From assembly GCF_023055435.1 (NCBI RefSeq), contig NW_025963890.1, positions 59,024,001 to 59,088,000 on the forward strand: DNA of 64,000 nt, read 5' to 3'. The notes beneath the pieces are model-generated. The model had not been told where the DNA came from and ran no database searches. It worked only from the letters and a program-made list of their open reading frames with translations. The stretch comes from Haliotis rufescens. Its lineage: Eukaryota. Numbering within the stretch: position 1 is the first letter of the stretch; each line of letters begins with the position of its first letter. Position numbers and translations under genes: made by a program. This document shows positions 37,602 to 52,114 of the stretch, piece by piece.

Positions 37602-38048
37602 ACTGATCTTACTCAGCGAGCCGGTCAGCTTTTATAGTGGCTGAGAGGCGATCAACGGTATCTCGCCGAGACTTGTCGTGGTTGGCATGTTTCGACTTGC
37701 TCCGTGGTTGTGTTTTGGACATCAGACGATGTTCATGTCTCTGTGTTTCTTGTTCGTATTTCAAGCTAAACTGCTGTTTGAAAACGCGAACTGACTCAAA
37801 TTATTAATGAGTTAAAGATAAAAGTGTTATCGGAGTTATTGACCATCTTTGATTGATGGCAAATTAGTCTAATTGATCAGGCGATATTCTGAACTGATAC
37901 ATGACACATGCGTTCAGAAACAGTTGAACTGTCTCGCTCAAATACAGTGTTTATGCCAAGCTCCTTACAGTGACTGCAGTTGCTATTTCGCCGTGCACAA
38001 TGCGTGGAGTTTGTAAAATGAGTGGATGACGTCACTGCTTCGCGGAAT
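37602..38048 (-). promoter_or_regulatory. Promoter of copy 3: TATA 37630-37636, p53-type half-sites 37669-37702, CRE+GAS-like 38027-38048
   Basis: Motifs conserved although the surrounding sequence has diverged. Confidence 0.6.
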
Positions 38049-38899
38049 AAACGTTTTATGCTCAGTGATAACGGATAGGAATATTTTTTCCCCCTGTAAG
38101 ATATATATTGTTGTTGATGAATGTTTAGTATGCACGGGAAGGAATACATAATGCCTTCCTATTTTGTCATCTTTAGACTTTATAAAGCATTAACTTGCTA
38201 ATTGGAAGGAATGCATGTTTGATCCAACAAACAATGTATGTTTTTAAGCGTTGCTGTGTATACATATGCGATGCGTTGAAAAGTTCCTGTGTTACATTTT
38301 CGATAATATATGGCGGCTCATTAAAATATATCCTGTTTTGACGAGTTTCTTCCACATAAATTGGCAATACCACAAAAGAGATATAGTAATGCTGTAAGGC
38401 TTTTATTTTTACTTTGTGTACTTATTCGACGACCAAACATTTTTCTTCTGCGTAAGTTATTTTAGTAGTAAATAAACCTTAAAGACGGTGACTATAGGAA
38501 GAACTAACAATCACCTTTTCTTTGCCTTTTTCTTTATTTCATCATGGGGACAATATCTTCCTGAAAACACTTAAAGTATGATTTAATATTTTAATATTAT
38601 TTCAACCACTGACCCTACGTTTTCAAAAAAAATCCCTACACCTAGTGACTCAAAATAAGGGTGAAACGTGGTCTAGTTTTCATGAAATAAATGTTATTAG
38701 CAGTACTATAGCTACATGCTTCCTTGTGAAATATCAGTTAATATTATTAAGTAAGTGTTGAAAAACTGTTTACTCCCATATACAAATCGATATTTGAGTC
38801 GAGTGACATATAACGCTTTATTCTGGAACTACTTCCTCAAAGACAATCATTACAGATGAAAATCATGAAATAAAATACATAACAACTGAAACAGTTTTT

Positions 38900-39500
38900 T
38901 TCGTGTTAAATAAACGTGTTTATCTCATCTGATGACTTGGCAAAATCACCAAGGTGAGATAAGCACGTTATTTGACCAAAACAGACAAATATCTTCTATT
39001 AATACATTGGTCAGTTTCCATGATAAACTTGTGTAAAATAACGTTGATCGGCTTCTCGCTGATACATTATTAATACAACTTCTAAGATGCTTCGGTAACA
39101 GTCAAAGGCGCCGATTGTACTTAATCCAGCGATTAAATACCCTTTGTGAGTTACGCCATACTTGTCTTACCTTATGACGCTGTTCAAATTACCTTCCCGT
39201 ATCTAACGTATTCATGGCAACATCGTTCTGTCATAACTGTCAATCAAGATGGCGCAAACACATTAATAATAGATCGGAGAATTTTATTTACCTTGTCGAA
39301 TAACCAAATATTATTCCCTGGGAAGAAATATGGCAAGATGATGGTTTACCATATCTGACATGGTGCCGGCTTACCCCAAACATATTGAAACCACTGTGTC
39401 CGTGCCACAGCAACAACGAAGTTGTGTCCTTGGAATTATGGCTGTTTCTGGACACAGAAATGAAAACTTCTTGAACAGTTTCAAAAACATATGAATACCT
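38900..39500 (+). mobile_element. Crypton-like tyrosine-recombinase transposon remnant
   Basis: 39318-39482 reads LGRN/GKMM..AGLPQTY*NHCVRATATTKL../IMAVSGHRNENFLNSF, giving the HxxR and H catalytic motifs with the nucleophile position as F. Imperfect hairpin AATAAACGTGTTTATCTCATCT...AGGTGAGATAAGCACGTTATTT at 38909-38973. Confidence 0.6.
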
Positions 39501-39879
39501 GTTGTTCAGTGTAGGGCGTTTAGCAACATACCAACATTCACACAAAACGGACACTGCTGCTCTTCCTCCGCAATATCGTCCCATGGCGGCCGCGACGCAA
39601 TATCACGCCCAATGCCGTGGATTCACGTCGGTTACGGTACCATATAGTGCAACCAACTCAGTAAGCACTGTATTTCATGGCTTGCAGTTTCCTCTGTACA
39701 CTGACATCAATCTCATTAAAATCAGATCTTAGTTCTCGCTACCGCTAAACAAAGATCTGAGGACATCCCATTACGGGTCACGTCAGACCGACCTTGCGCG
39801 AACTTTGATCGACCAATGGAATGACCAACCAGAAGGCAGCTTTCTCCAGCTTAACGGCACTAATTTCAAATTGGCGACT

Positions 39880-39975
39880 ATGCTTCGAAACATATTTTGA
39901 CAAATTCTCCATCACAAATTTGAAACCTGAACAAAAGAATATTCTGGAATGGGTAATAGATGGTCGAGATTGTAT
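39880..39975 (+). pseudogene. Possible RecQ-like helicase N-terminal (Q-motif) fragment, perhaps from a helicase-bearing transposon
   Basis: FSITNLKPEQKNILEWVIDGRDC resembles the segment before Walker A in RecQ helicases, but Walker A itself is absent. Confidence 0.3.
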
Positions 39976-41718
39976 GGATTCGGTCGTTAAACCCGTAACT
40001 ATCATTCTGAATACCCTGTGTTGAAATGTTCGAGGTTGCATGATTCCGACTGTTTTCATAACTTTTGTAGTTTTGGGGTAAAATCAACTTGTATCAAGTG
40101 TATACTTTCTTTTGTCCGGATGTTTATGATATATAGCTAAATACCGATACCCGAGATTATTCTGTATCAAACATGTTCCTTATGGAAGAATAAACTTGTT
40201 ATACTTCAACTTCTATTTCAGGAATAGAAAAAAGCTGTTTTAGAAATCAATATAGGAAGCGATGTAAATTTTTGTAAAATCAAGAGCCACATTGCGTATT
40301 TTTTCTATTTCACGAGACTGATAATACTTTTCAGAAAGCTCTTATATACAACAATTTTTCCTTACATCTAATATATATTTACTTTTATTTTCAGCAACGA
40401 GAATACGTTTTAAAATATATCAATAAACCAAGTTATTTAAAATAACAACATTGATCAGTTTTCATGACATATATAAAGAATACTTTTGTGACCGGATTTG
40501 ATATGAAGTATCAGCTGTACTACCGTGGCCAGTTTCCTTGATATATACATTTGGAAAATAATTTAAGCATTACCTGTTTTATATTTCCATATATCCTTAA
40601 CTTACGTTTATCTTTTGGAAATATCTACACATGACATTGATCTTATTTTTTTGAATGTTGAAGAAAACACCGATGCCTGCTATGCAGTTAGCTCACGAAT
40701 ACGCCATATCATAATATGCAAAGAAGCTGATGAAGCAATTGAAAGGGTAGTCAAATAGTTATTTCCACACAACCGTTACAAAACATGTTATTAGATTATC
40801 GATTTCAGTTTCTGTATTTCAGTATGGGTCTGTCGCTTTGTAGAAAATAAAGGGGTTGCGTACGAACATTAATACCGGATGCGATTTTGAAACATGGCTC
40901 TTCTCTATGGAAATATAGTAAGCAGTGTTTTCCATGATATATGTCAGAAACAATTATTGCCCCGTTTCATAACATTAATCTAAGCATGAAAATTTTCTGG
41001 TCTTTTAAAAGTTATAAAACGTATGATTAATAATAATTATGTTGATTATACATCTTCCGACATGGAAAGGTGATTGTTAATTCAGGAAAAGCGTTCACCA
41101 CTTGTGGAAAATGTCTCTCAAACACGTTGTTTACCTTCGTTTCTCCTCACACGCGAGTCTAGGACTCGGTTTCATTGAGCAGCGCAGTGTAGTGAAGCGA
41201 GTTTAGAAAGAATGTGTGACGTATTTACTTCGCGGATTGTTATGCTCAGTCAGCAGTTCTGCTGTCAATGCGACAACATTACACACCGATTTAATTTTCA
41301 AACTCAATACATTAGATGCAGAAAACAGAAATAGCAAATCACAGCAAATTTTGACTGAATTATGCGTGCAAAATGTGCGGTAAATACACTGTACAAATTG
41401 AGATGTAACATGAATATATTTTAAAGAATGTGAATTACGAACATACATAAGATGCAATTTGGTCCTATTAATTATGTCATCGCGTTATTTTTTCACCTGA
41501 TGCATGTATTCGGGTATTTACATTTGTAAGGTTATATAACTGCGCATCATCTCAAGGTGGGAGGACAGCCCAATGCATTTCAGTTCGTGGATGTTAACAT
41601 AAGTTTTTCAAATACATTGTACACAATTGAGATGAAACGTGAATACATTCTATATTCTTTTGACTATGTAAGTTAAAAGTATGTGAATTACGAACATACA
41701 TAGGATGTATTTTGGTCC

Positions 41719-41886
41719 TACGGTTATAACGAACACGCTTATAACGAACTGACGGATAAAACGAACTTCTTTTTTGGTCCCGACTATTTGCTGTAGTTAT
41801 GCTGTATATATGCTTATAACGAACTACGGTTAAAACGAACTAAAATTAGTAGTCCCTTTGAGTTCGTTATAACCGTACTTTACTGT
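41719..41886. mobile_element. MITE with terminal inverted repeats (TACGGTTATAACGAAC ... GTTCGTTATAACCGTACTTTTACTGTA)
   Basis: Inverted ends with an ACTG-TA right terminus; not seen in the equivalent spacer of the other units. Confidence 0.75.
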
Positions 41887-42036
41887 ATTTATCATGTCAT
41901 CACGTTATTTTACACCTAATGCGTGTATTCATGTATTTACATTTGTAAGGTTGTAAAACTGTGCATCATCTCAAGGTGGGAGGACAGCCCAATACATTTC
42001 AGATATGCGAGTTACAATATAAGAGTTTAAACTCAA

Positions 42037-42090
42037 ATGACGTGTGAATATGAATAAATTCACGTGAATTTATTCATATTCACACGTCAT
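42037..42090. repeat. Perfect 54-bp palindrome
   Basis: ATGACGTGTGAATATGAATAAATTCAC|GTGAATTTATTCATATTCACACGTCAT. Confidence 0.95.
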
Positions 42091-43090
42091 ATATATGATT
42101 TTCTGTTTGTTTCTGGTGACTCTACATTCCAGCACGTCAGCTTAATGTGGAAGGTCGTTGACGTTTAGTATTTGGTGAAACACACGAGCATGGTAACGGC
42201 ACTGACCAGACGATCCTGACAAGGACTTTAAATAATAGCGAAAGAAACAACCTATTTCAATATCCATAAGAAAACTGCTGAATAGTACTTGATCAATAAT
42301 TTCATGGATCTATATCCTGTAGCCGCACATCACTGCACCTTTGAGCTAGAAATGGAGTAAGGTATTGACAGGCGCTTCCAAGTCCCAATAATGTTGTCAG
42401 TGAAATATCAGGCTGGAAATCGTAACAAGAATGGAAGTTCGTTTTGTTCCTTACGATGTCTTTACTCAAAGAGATATGGAAGTCGGGGCCTGATATGGGG
42501 GGTTGTGATATGAGTGAATGTTGCTATATGTCCATGTCAGGGCTCATTCAATGTAACTGAATCGAGACAAGGGAAAGTTGAGGTCTTCAGCGTGAAACAA
42601 ACGCCACGTTTAGATGGTAGGAGGACGCACTCTTGTAAGTACACATTTTCAAAGAAAATAAGATATATGTTAGTCTTATTAGTTTGTTTTATTCATTCTT
42701 ATTCTGATATTGCACATGTTAAAATGAGGTATAAATTGCAGGCCAATGAATGAGTTTTATATGCATCGTAATATGAACAATATATACAGTGTTTCACATA
42801 ACAGGAAAATAACGTTCATCAGTCTGTTTCATTCGGTAGAAAACACACATTCTCAGTGACGCACTTTAATGACACATCATGCCCTTTCATTCACATAAAA
42901 TATCTGGCAAGTTGTATGATATGAGATTCGATCTCGATGTTTTCCAAAGTTATATACTTATTAATTTTGCCTCTCATGTGCCAGTGTTTTCCAGAATGTC
43001 CTTTGATATATGGCATGTTAAGAAAAAACGTCCATATCTCCGTATCTGTTAGCATATATCGCAGAATGTGTGTCAATGTTCAGAAACATT

Positions 43091-44986
43091 CTATACTTTG
43101 TCTGATGAAATTGTGCTGCCTTGTTTGAACACATGTCGAGCAGTAGATCGTGATCTCCTCAGACGTCTCCATGCGTAGTCATAGGACTTTATCATGGAGG
43201 CTGTTTTGGCATGGTATAATGCTCTTCTATACACCACCCTCCGCACATAGACACTGCAGTCCTGAGACACAACGTTGTTCACCTGAGCTCTGACAATTTT
43301 GTTTCCAAGGAGCCGTGTTTCCCAGTTGACATTATCAGGAATGTTGTGGCAGAATTTACTGAATACCACACACCTTCGTCCGTACCGGATGGTCTGAACA
43401 CCGATCTCATAGAGAGCTGGCTTATTGTTCTCAGACTTGAAGATTGTCTTCTTTCTGAATCCAGGGTTGGCACCCCGTCTTTTCTCCCATTGTGCATCCT
43501 GTTTGAGTGGAACGTCAGGGGAGATAACTTTGACCCACGGTGACCAGTCCATGTTTCTCAAGCTGAAGTTGTTCTCAAAGACTTCCTCTCTTCTCAGAAG
43601 AGGTGTCACAAACTTTGTAGGTTTCTGGAATAATACATTATATATAATGAGTCTATTTAGATATGGTCATACCTTTAAGGTTCCAAAAGGGTATAGCTTT
43701 AATCGATAAATGCGATGGTTATCAGCAGTATGAGAAAGAAATGAACAACTGTGTATGTCATTATTACTTGGAAAGAAACGTATCTGAAATATACCTTCAG
43801 TGATTTAGTTCCTGGTCTCCTGATGGATTTAGGCTTGGCCTTTCGAACTGCTGTGATCGATGTAGTTTTCTTTAAGGTGGGGATCTTTACATCTTTCTTA
43901 CTGCAACCGGTTGTGGTCTTCTTTGGCGATGAAAGGGGGGCTACTCCATCACGAAGTGAGGTAAACATTCCTTCCATGTCTTTGCTGAGGGCACCTTCAC
44001 CACAACGAGTTCGAACTTCTTTCTCGTACACCTGAAATGACATATACAAATGTCAAAACAGGAATACACGGAAAACATATTCGGTAAGGAAAGTAAACTA
44101 AATATAACTTTATTATGAGAAAAGTATATGTTTATGAAGAATATAATCGAAGAGCAAACTTACATCAAACATATCTGCCCCGTGCTCCCTGTAGCAGATG
44201 GCCATGAGGAAGTCGAAGACATTGGAAAAGCTGTCGAGTTGAAGATGGCGTCCCCCTGTCTCCTGTGACATTCTCTTGTAGAATTCCATGCTGCCACATC
44301 CACGCTCTACCCCATATATCTTCACTCCCTGGAAACGAATGGGATGTTTCAATGTATTTACTGTACATTTGACTTATGTTAGCATGATGCAATCATGAGT
44401 GAACTCGATTTGTATCATCCCCCAGCTGACAATCAAACTCAAAATGCAATTCGACATTGTATTGATAATTTGAATGTCTTGAAAAAGAGCATTCTTAGTG
44501 ATGTTAAGAATTAATCTGGCTAAAGTAAAATTAGCTCACCATTTTATTGAGAGTTTGAATCTCCTCCCTCCAGTCTATCTTGAGTTTGTTGTCGGGGTAG
44601 TCTGGTTCATGGGGGTTGGCGTCCCCGATCATGACGAGGGCACGATTGGATCCGGGTGTCCATGACAACTCCTCCCCAACTTGTCTGAGAACGAGTTCGT
44701 AACATTCGTCCGAGTCTCCGCCTCCAGTGCTGCTGACGTTGTTTACAAAGTCACATAGTTCCTTAACGTCTGTGGAAAAGTCGATCCACTTTGTGATGTA
44801 GTTGTGTTTGTCACAATAGTCCCCGTGTGCGAAGACGGCAATTCTGATGGCGGGTATGTCAGCCTGGAGCCGCTGTATCATGTCCTGGAGTCGACCTCTG
44901 ACTTCGACGAGACAGCTGCTCATGGAGCCGGTTGTGTCAAAGGAGAAGACTATCTCCGGAAGACCACCAGGAGGAAGCAAAGCCAT
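43091..44986 (-). CDS. VWA-ET-like protein copy 4 (type A), 460 aa; coding exons 44986-44540, 44328-44164, 44031-43795, 43624-43091
   Basis: Open spliced frame with canonical splice sites. Confidence 0.88.
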
Positions 44987-45544
44987 GTTGAATCTGTTGA
45001 AATATTCAAAACAACTGAGTGTACATGTATACAAGAAGTTTTACTTTTGAAATTGATACAGCTTTATAACCATTAACTCTGGCAGTGTAAATACGTATAA
45101 AAATGTTTTAAAAAATTCAACTTTTTGTTCATTTTAAACTTAATGTTTATATTCTCAAGTAATAAAAATATATTTCAATTTTAAACAAAGTCAATTCAGA
45201 AACAAGAATGTTGGTTTCTTTAAAATATTTGCAAAGGTTATTTCCGTAAGTATGCTGCAATTCATTTTGATAGATATAGAAAAATGTTTTCACGTTATAA
45301 ATACATATGATTTAATAATTTACGCTTTTCTTATAAAATAGATATAGATGTGTATTTTATTTGGCGACGATTTCCTCGCTGTTTTCAGACCCAGTACTAT
45401 ATACATCATCACTGTTAATATGTTCCTCAAGTTACCTTTTTGAACGGTGACAGTAGTTATATAGATCTTTTGCTATATTTCCACGCTGCTGTCAGACGTA
45501 GTTTATATCTATTCAAGTCTTTCAACTGTAGTGTATGTCACTAG

Positions 45545-45989
45545 ACTGTTCTTACTCAGCAGCCAGCTCGCTTTTATACTGGCTGAGAGGCGATCAATGG
45601 GAGCTCGCTGAGACTTGTCTTGGTTGGCATGTTTGGACCTGTTCCATGGTTGTGTTTAGACGAGCAGGCGATGTTCATGTCTATGCGTTTCAATACATGC
45701 TTCTGTTTGGAAAGAAACAAAATCAACTGATTAATCATTTGAAGATACGTGTAATCGGGGAATTATTAAGAACCTTGGACTTTGGGAAACGTGCTGTTTT
45801 TTAATGTCTCATATTCTGAATCGACACGTGAAACATACGTACAGAAACAGATGAACATACTCTCTCAAACACATTATTTATATCAATGCTCCTTACACTG
45901 TCTGTCGGAAGATATTTTGGTCGAAAACGGTACATAGCCGCAATGTACAGAGTTTGTATATTGTACATGACGTAACTGCTTCGCGGAAT
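45545..45989 (-). promoter_or_regulatory. Promoter of copy 4: TATA 45572-45578, p53-type half-sites 45611-45644, TGACGTAA+GAS-like 45968-45989
   Basis: Motifs conserved across paralogues. Confidence 0.6.
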
Positions 45990-48900
45990 ATTTATTCGCA
46001 CAGCAAAATATCGATAATTTTCTCAGCAATAACACATAGGAATCTTGTAGATGTTTCTGTGGAATATATTGTCTTTAATTGATGGTGTGTATGTACTACA
46101 CTGGAAAACATCATCCCTTCCTGTTGATTATCCTTTGATTGTGTAAACCATCATGAGGTGTCACTATACATTATTGTGTTCAATTTGGAGAATACTTTGT
46201 CTTGTCAAACTTTCCCTGAGAAGCGTTGCTTTGTTGTAATTTCGAGAATATATGTCGGTCCTAAATGAAAAACACTATTTGATATGCATCACAACAATGA
46301 ACACTTTCTCTATGATAGTTTTGTACTATTGGGCGTTATGAATTACTTTGTGCACAGATTCGCAGGCCATTTTTAACACATGTAAAAAAAACCCATGATG
46401 TTTGTATCTTTGACAGTGTTTGTCAATGTATTTCAGGAATAGAAACAGTTCTTTTCATTATCAATATAGGATGCGAAGTATCTTTTTTTAAAATGAAGAG
46501 ACACATTTAATTTTCTTTCTATTTCACGAGACTGCAGCTGATAATACTAATAGTTTTTACTTTTATTTCCACTCCCGAGAATACGTTTTAAAAATATATC
46601 AATAAAATGTTACTCAAGATAACAACATTGACCAGTTTTCATGACATATATTAATAATGCCCTTGCGACCAGATTTGATGTGAAGTATCAGCCGTACTAC
46701 CGTGGCCAGTTTCCTTGATATATACACCTGGATAAGAATTTAAGCATTACATGTTTCATGTTTTCATATATCCTGAACTGCCGTTCATCGTTGGGAGATA
46801 TTTACACATGACATTGATTTCATTTTGATGAAAGTTGAGGAAAACGCCGATGTCTGCTATGCAGTTAGTTCAAAAGAATGCCATATCGTAAGATGCCAAG
46901 AAGTTGATGAAGCAAATGAAAGGGTAGTTAAAATAATTATTTCCACAGAACAGTTACAAAACATGTTATTAGATTATCGATTTCAGTTTCTGTATTTCAG
47001 TATGGGCTCATCGCTTTGTAAACAATGAAGGGGTTTCGTAAGAACATTAATACCGGATGCGATTTTGAAACAAGCAGTGTTTTCCATGCTATATGTCGGA
47101 AACAAAATGAATGTTGCTCCGTTTCATAACATTAATCTAAGCATTAACACTTTCTGGTCCTTTAAAAGCGTATGATTTATAATATGTTGATATACATCTT
47201 CCGACATGGAAAGGTGGTGATTGTTAATTCAGGAAAAGCGTTCACAACTTGAGGAACATATCTCTCAAACACGTTGTTTACCTTCGTTTCTCCTCACACG
47301 CGAGTCTAGGACTCGGTTTCATTGAGTAGCGCAGTGTAGTGAAGCGAGTTTAGGAAGAATGTGTGACGATTTTACATCGCGGATTGTTATGCTCAGTCAT
47401 CAGTTCTATTGTTAATACTACAACATTACACACTGATTTAATTTGGCAGTGTCCGTCAATTTATTTCAGTAATAGAAAAAGTTGTTTTTCAAAATCAATA
47501 TAGGATGCGAAGTAACTTTTTGTAAAATGAAGAGACACGGTAATTTTCTTTTTATTCACGAGACGGCAGCTGATAATACTTTTCAGAAAACTCTTCTTCT
47601 TTACATGTAAAATATACTTACTTTTATTTCCACCCCCGATAAAACGTTTTAAAATATATCAATAAACCAAGTTATTCAAAATAACATTTACTTCGCGGAT
47701 TGTTATACTCAGTCAGCAGTTCTACTGTCAATGCAACAATATTACACACCGATATAATTTTCAAACTCAATATATTAGATGCAGAAAACAAGAAAAGCCA
47801 ATCACAGCAACTTTTGACTGAATTATGCCTGCAAAATGGGCGGTAAATACATTGTACAAATTGAGATGAAACCTGAATATATTCTATATTCTTTTAACTA
47901 TGTATGTTTAAAGTATGTGAATTACGAACATACATAAGATGCAATTTGGTCCTATTATTTAATTCATAACGTTATGTCTTCACCTAATGCATGTATTCGG
48001 GTATTTACATTTCCAAGATTATAAAACTGCGCATCATCTTAAGGTGGGGAGACGGCCCAATGCATTTCAGTTCGTGGATGTTAACATAAGTGTTTCATTA
48101 TATGCGAGTTACAATGAAGGAATACATAATACCTGTCATCTTAGGAGGTATAAAGTATTAACTGAATGCTAATTGGAAGGAAATACATGTCTGAGCAAAC
48201 AAACTATGTATGCATATATGCGTTGCTGTGTACACATATGCATGGCATTGTAACATCTCTGTGTTACATTTTCGAGAATATATGGCGGCTCACCAAAAAC
48301 ATATCCTGTTCTGACGAGTTTCTTCGACATAAATTAGCAATACCACAAAAGAGATATAGTAATGCTATAAGGCTTTTATTTGTTTACTTATTCGACGACC
48401 AAACATTTTCTTCTGCGTAACTTATTTTAGTAATAAAAAACCCTTAAAGATGATGAATATAGGAAGAACTAACAATCACCATTTCTTTGCTTTTTTCAAT
48501 AACTTCCTGAAAACACTTAAATATTGATTAAATATTTTAATTTTATTTCAACCACCGACCCTACGTTTTGAAAAAGACCCTAAACCTAGTGACTCAAAAT
48601 AACTGCGAAACGTGGTCTAGTTTTCATGAAATAAATGTTATTAGCAGTACTATAGCTACATGCTTCCATATGAAATATCAGTTATTATTATGTAGTAAGT
48701 GTTGAAAAACTGTTTATTCCCATATACAAATCGATATTTCTGTCGAGTGACATATAACGCTTTACGCTGGAACTTCCTCAATGACAATCATTACAGATTA
48801 ATATCATGAAACAAAATACATAATAACTAAAGCTGTTACATAAGATGCAATTTGGTCCTATGAATTATGGCATAACGTCATTTTTTCACCTAATGCATGT

Positions 48901-49660
48901 ATTCGGGTATTTACATTTGTAATGTTACAAAACTGCGTATCATCTCAAGGTGGGAGGACAGCTCAATGCATTTCAGTTCGTGAATGTTAACATAAGTGTT
49001 TCATTATATGCGAGTTACAATATAGGAGTGTAAACTCATATGACGTGTGAATATGAATAAATGCACGTGAGTGTTCATAGCTATGTGATATGAGTGAATG
49101 TTGCTATATGTCCATGCCAGGGCGCATTAAATGTAACTGAATCGAGAAAAGGGAAAGTTGAGGTCTTCAGTGTGAAACCCCTCGGGGGTAGGAGGACGCA
49201 CTCTTGTAAGTAGACATTTTCAAAGAAAATAAAGTATATGCAAGTCTTATTTTATTTATTCCTTTTCTGATATTGCACATGTTAAAATGAAGTATAGATT
49301 GTAGGTCAATGAATGATATGAATTTATATACATCGTAATATGAACAATCAAATATATACAGCGTTTCACATAACAGGAAAACAACGTTCATCTGTCCATC
49401 ATTCGGTAGAACACACACATTCTCAGTCACGCACTTTAATGACACATCATGCCCTCTCATTCACATAAAATATCTGGCAAGTTGTATGATATGAGATTCG
49501 ATCTCGATGTTTTCCAAAGTTATATACTTATGAATTTGGCCTCTTATGTGCCAGTGTTTTCCAGAATGTCCTGTGATATATGGCATGTTAAGAAAAAACG
49601 TCCATATCTCTGTATCTGTTAGCATATATCACAGAATGTGTGTCAATGTTCAGAAACATT

Positions 49661-51558
49661 CTATACTTTGTCTGATGAAATTGTGCTCCCTTGTTTGAAG
49701 ACATGTCGAGCAGTAGATCGTGATCTCCTCAGACGTCTCCATGCGTAGTCATAGGACTTTATCATGGAGGCTGTTTTGGCATGGTATGATGCTCTTCTGT
49801 ACACCACCCTCCGCACATAGACACTGCAGTCCTGAGACACAACGTTGTTCACCTGAGCTCTGACAAGTTTGTTTCCAAGGAGCCGTGTTTCCCAATTAAC
49901 ATTATCGGGAATATAGTGACAGAACTTACTGAATACTACACACCTTCGTCCGTACCGGATGGACTGAACACCGATCTCATAGAGAGCTGGCTTATTGTTC
50001 TCAGACTTGAAGATTGTCTTCTTTCTGAATCCAGGGTTGGCACCCCGTCTTTTCTCCCATCGTGCATCCTGTTTGAGTGGGACATCAGGGGAGATAACTT
50101 TGACCCACGGTGACCAGTCCATGTTTCTCAAGCTGAAGTTGTTCTCAAAGACTTCCTCTCTTCTCAGAAGAGGTGTCACAAACTTTGTAGGTTTCTGGAA
50201 TAATACATTATATATAATGAATCTATTTAGATATGGTCATACCTTTAAAGTTCCAAAAGGGTATAGCTTTAATCGATAAATGCGATCGTTATCAGCAGTA
50301 TGAGAAAGAAATGAACAACTGTATATGTCATTATTTTTTGGAAAGAAACATGTCTGAAATATACCTTCAGTGATTTAGTTCCTGGTCTCCTGATGGATTT
50401 AGGCTTGGCCTTTCGAACTGCTGTGATTGATGTGGTTTTCTTTAAGGTGGGGATCTTCACATCTTTCTTACTGCAACCTGCTGTGGTCTTCTTTGGCGAT
50501 GAAAGTGAGGCTACTCCATCACGTAGTGAGGTAAACATTCCTTCCATGTCTTTGCTGAGGGCACCTTCACCACAACGAGTTCGAACTTCTTTCTCGTACA
50601 CCTGAAATGACATATACAAATGTCAAAACAGGAATACACGGAAAACATATTCGGTAAGGAAAGTAAACTAAATATAACTTTATTATGAGAAAAGTTTATG
50701 TTTATGAACAATATAATCGAAGAGGAAACTTACATCAAACATATCTGCCCCGTGCTCCCTGTAGCAGATGGCCATGAGGAAGTCGAAGACATTGGAAAAG
50801 CTGTCGAGTTGAAGATGGCGTCCCCCTGTCTCCTGGGACATTCTCTTGTAGAATTCCATGCTGCCACATCCACGCTCTACCCCATATATCTTCACTCCCT
50901 GGAAACGAATGGGACGTTTCAATGTATTTACTGTACATTTGATTTATGTTAGCATGATGCAATCCTGAGTGAACTCGATTTGTATCATCCCCCAGCTGAC
51001 AATCAAACTCAAAATGCAATTCGATATTGTATTGAGAATTTGAATGTCTTGAAAAAGAGAATTTCTTAGTGATGTTAAGAATTTAATCTGGCTAAAGTAA
51101 AATTAGCTCACCATGTTATTGAGAGTTTGAATCTCCTCCCTCCAGTCTATCTTGAGTTTGTTGTCGGGGTAGTCTGGTTCATGGGGGTTGGCGTCCCCGA
51201 TCATGACGAGGGCACGATTGGATCCGGGTGTCCATGACAACTCCTCCCCAACTTGTCTGAGAACGAGTTCGTAACATTCGTCCGAGTCTCCGCCTCCAGT
51301 GCTGCTGACGTTGTTTACAAAGTCACATAGTTCCTTAACGTCTGTGGAAAAGTCGATCCACTTTGTGACGTATTTGTGTTTGTCACAATAGTCCCCGTGT
51401 GCGAAGACGGCAATTCTGATGGCGGGGATGTCAGCCTGGAGCCGCTGTATCATGTCCTGGAGTCGACCTCTGACTTCGACGAGACAGCTGCTCATGGAGC
51501 CAGTTGTGTCAAAGGAGAAGACTATCTCCGGAAGACCACCAGGAGGAAGCAAAGCCAT
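49661..51558 (-). CDS. VWA-ET-like protein copy 5 (type A), 460 aa; coding exons 51558-51112, 50898-50734, 50601-50365, 50194-49661
   Basis: Open spliced frame with canonical splice sites. Confidence 0.88.
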
Positions 51559-52114
51559 GTTGAATCTGTTGAAATATTCAAAACAACTGAGTGTACATGT
51601 ATACAAGAAGTTTTACTTTTGAAATTGATACAGCTTTATAACCATTAACTCTGGCAGTGTAAATACTCATAAAAATCTTTTGCAAATCCAACTTTTTGTT
51701 CATTTCGATCTTAATGTTTATATTCTCAAGTAATAAAAATATATTTCAATTTTAAACAAAGTCCATTCAGAAACAAGAATGTTGGTTTCTTTAAAATATT
51801 TGCAAAGGTTATTTCCGTTAGTATGCTATAATTTATTTATTTTTTTATAAAAAATGTGTTTACGTTATAAACACATATGATTTAATAATTTACGCTTTTC
51901 TTATAAAATAGATATAGATGTGTATTTTATTTGGCGACGATTTCCTCGCTGTTTTCAGACCCAGTACTATATACATCATCACTGTTAATATGTTCCTCAA
52001 GTTACCTTTTTGAACGGTGACAGTAGTTATATAGATCTTTTGCTATATTTCCACGCTGCTGTCAGACGTAGTTTATATCTATTCAAGTCTTTCAACTGTA
52101 GTGTATGTCAGTAG

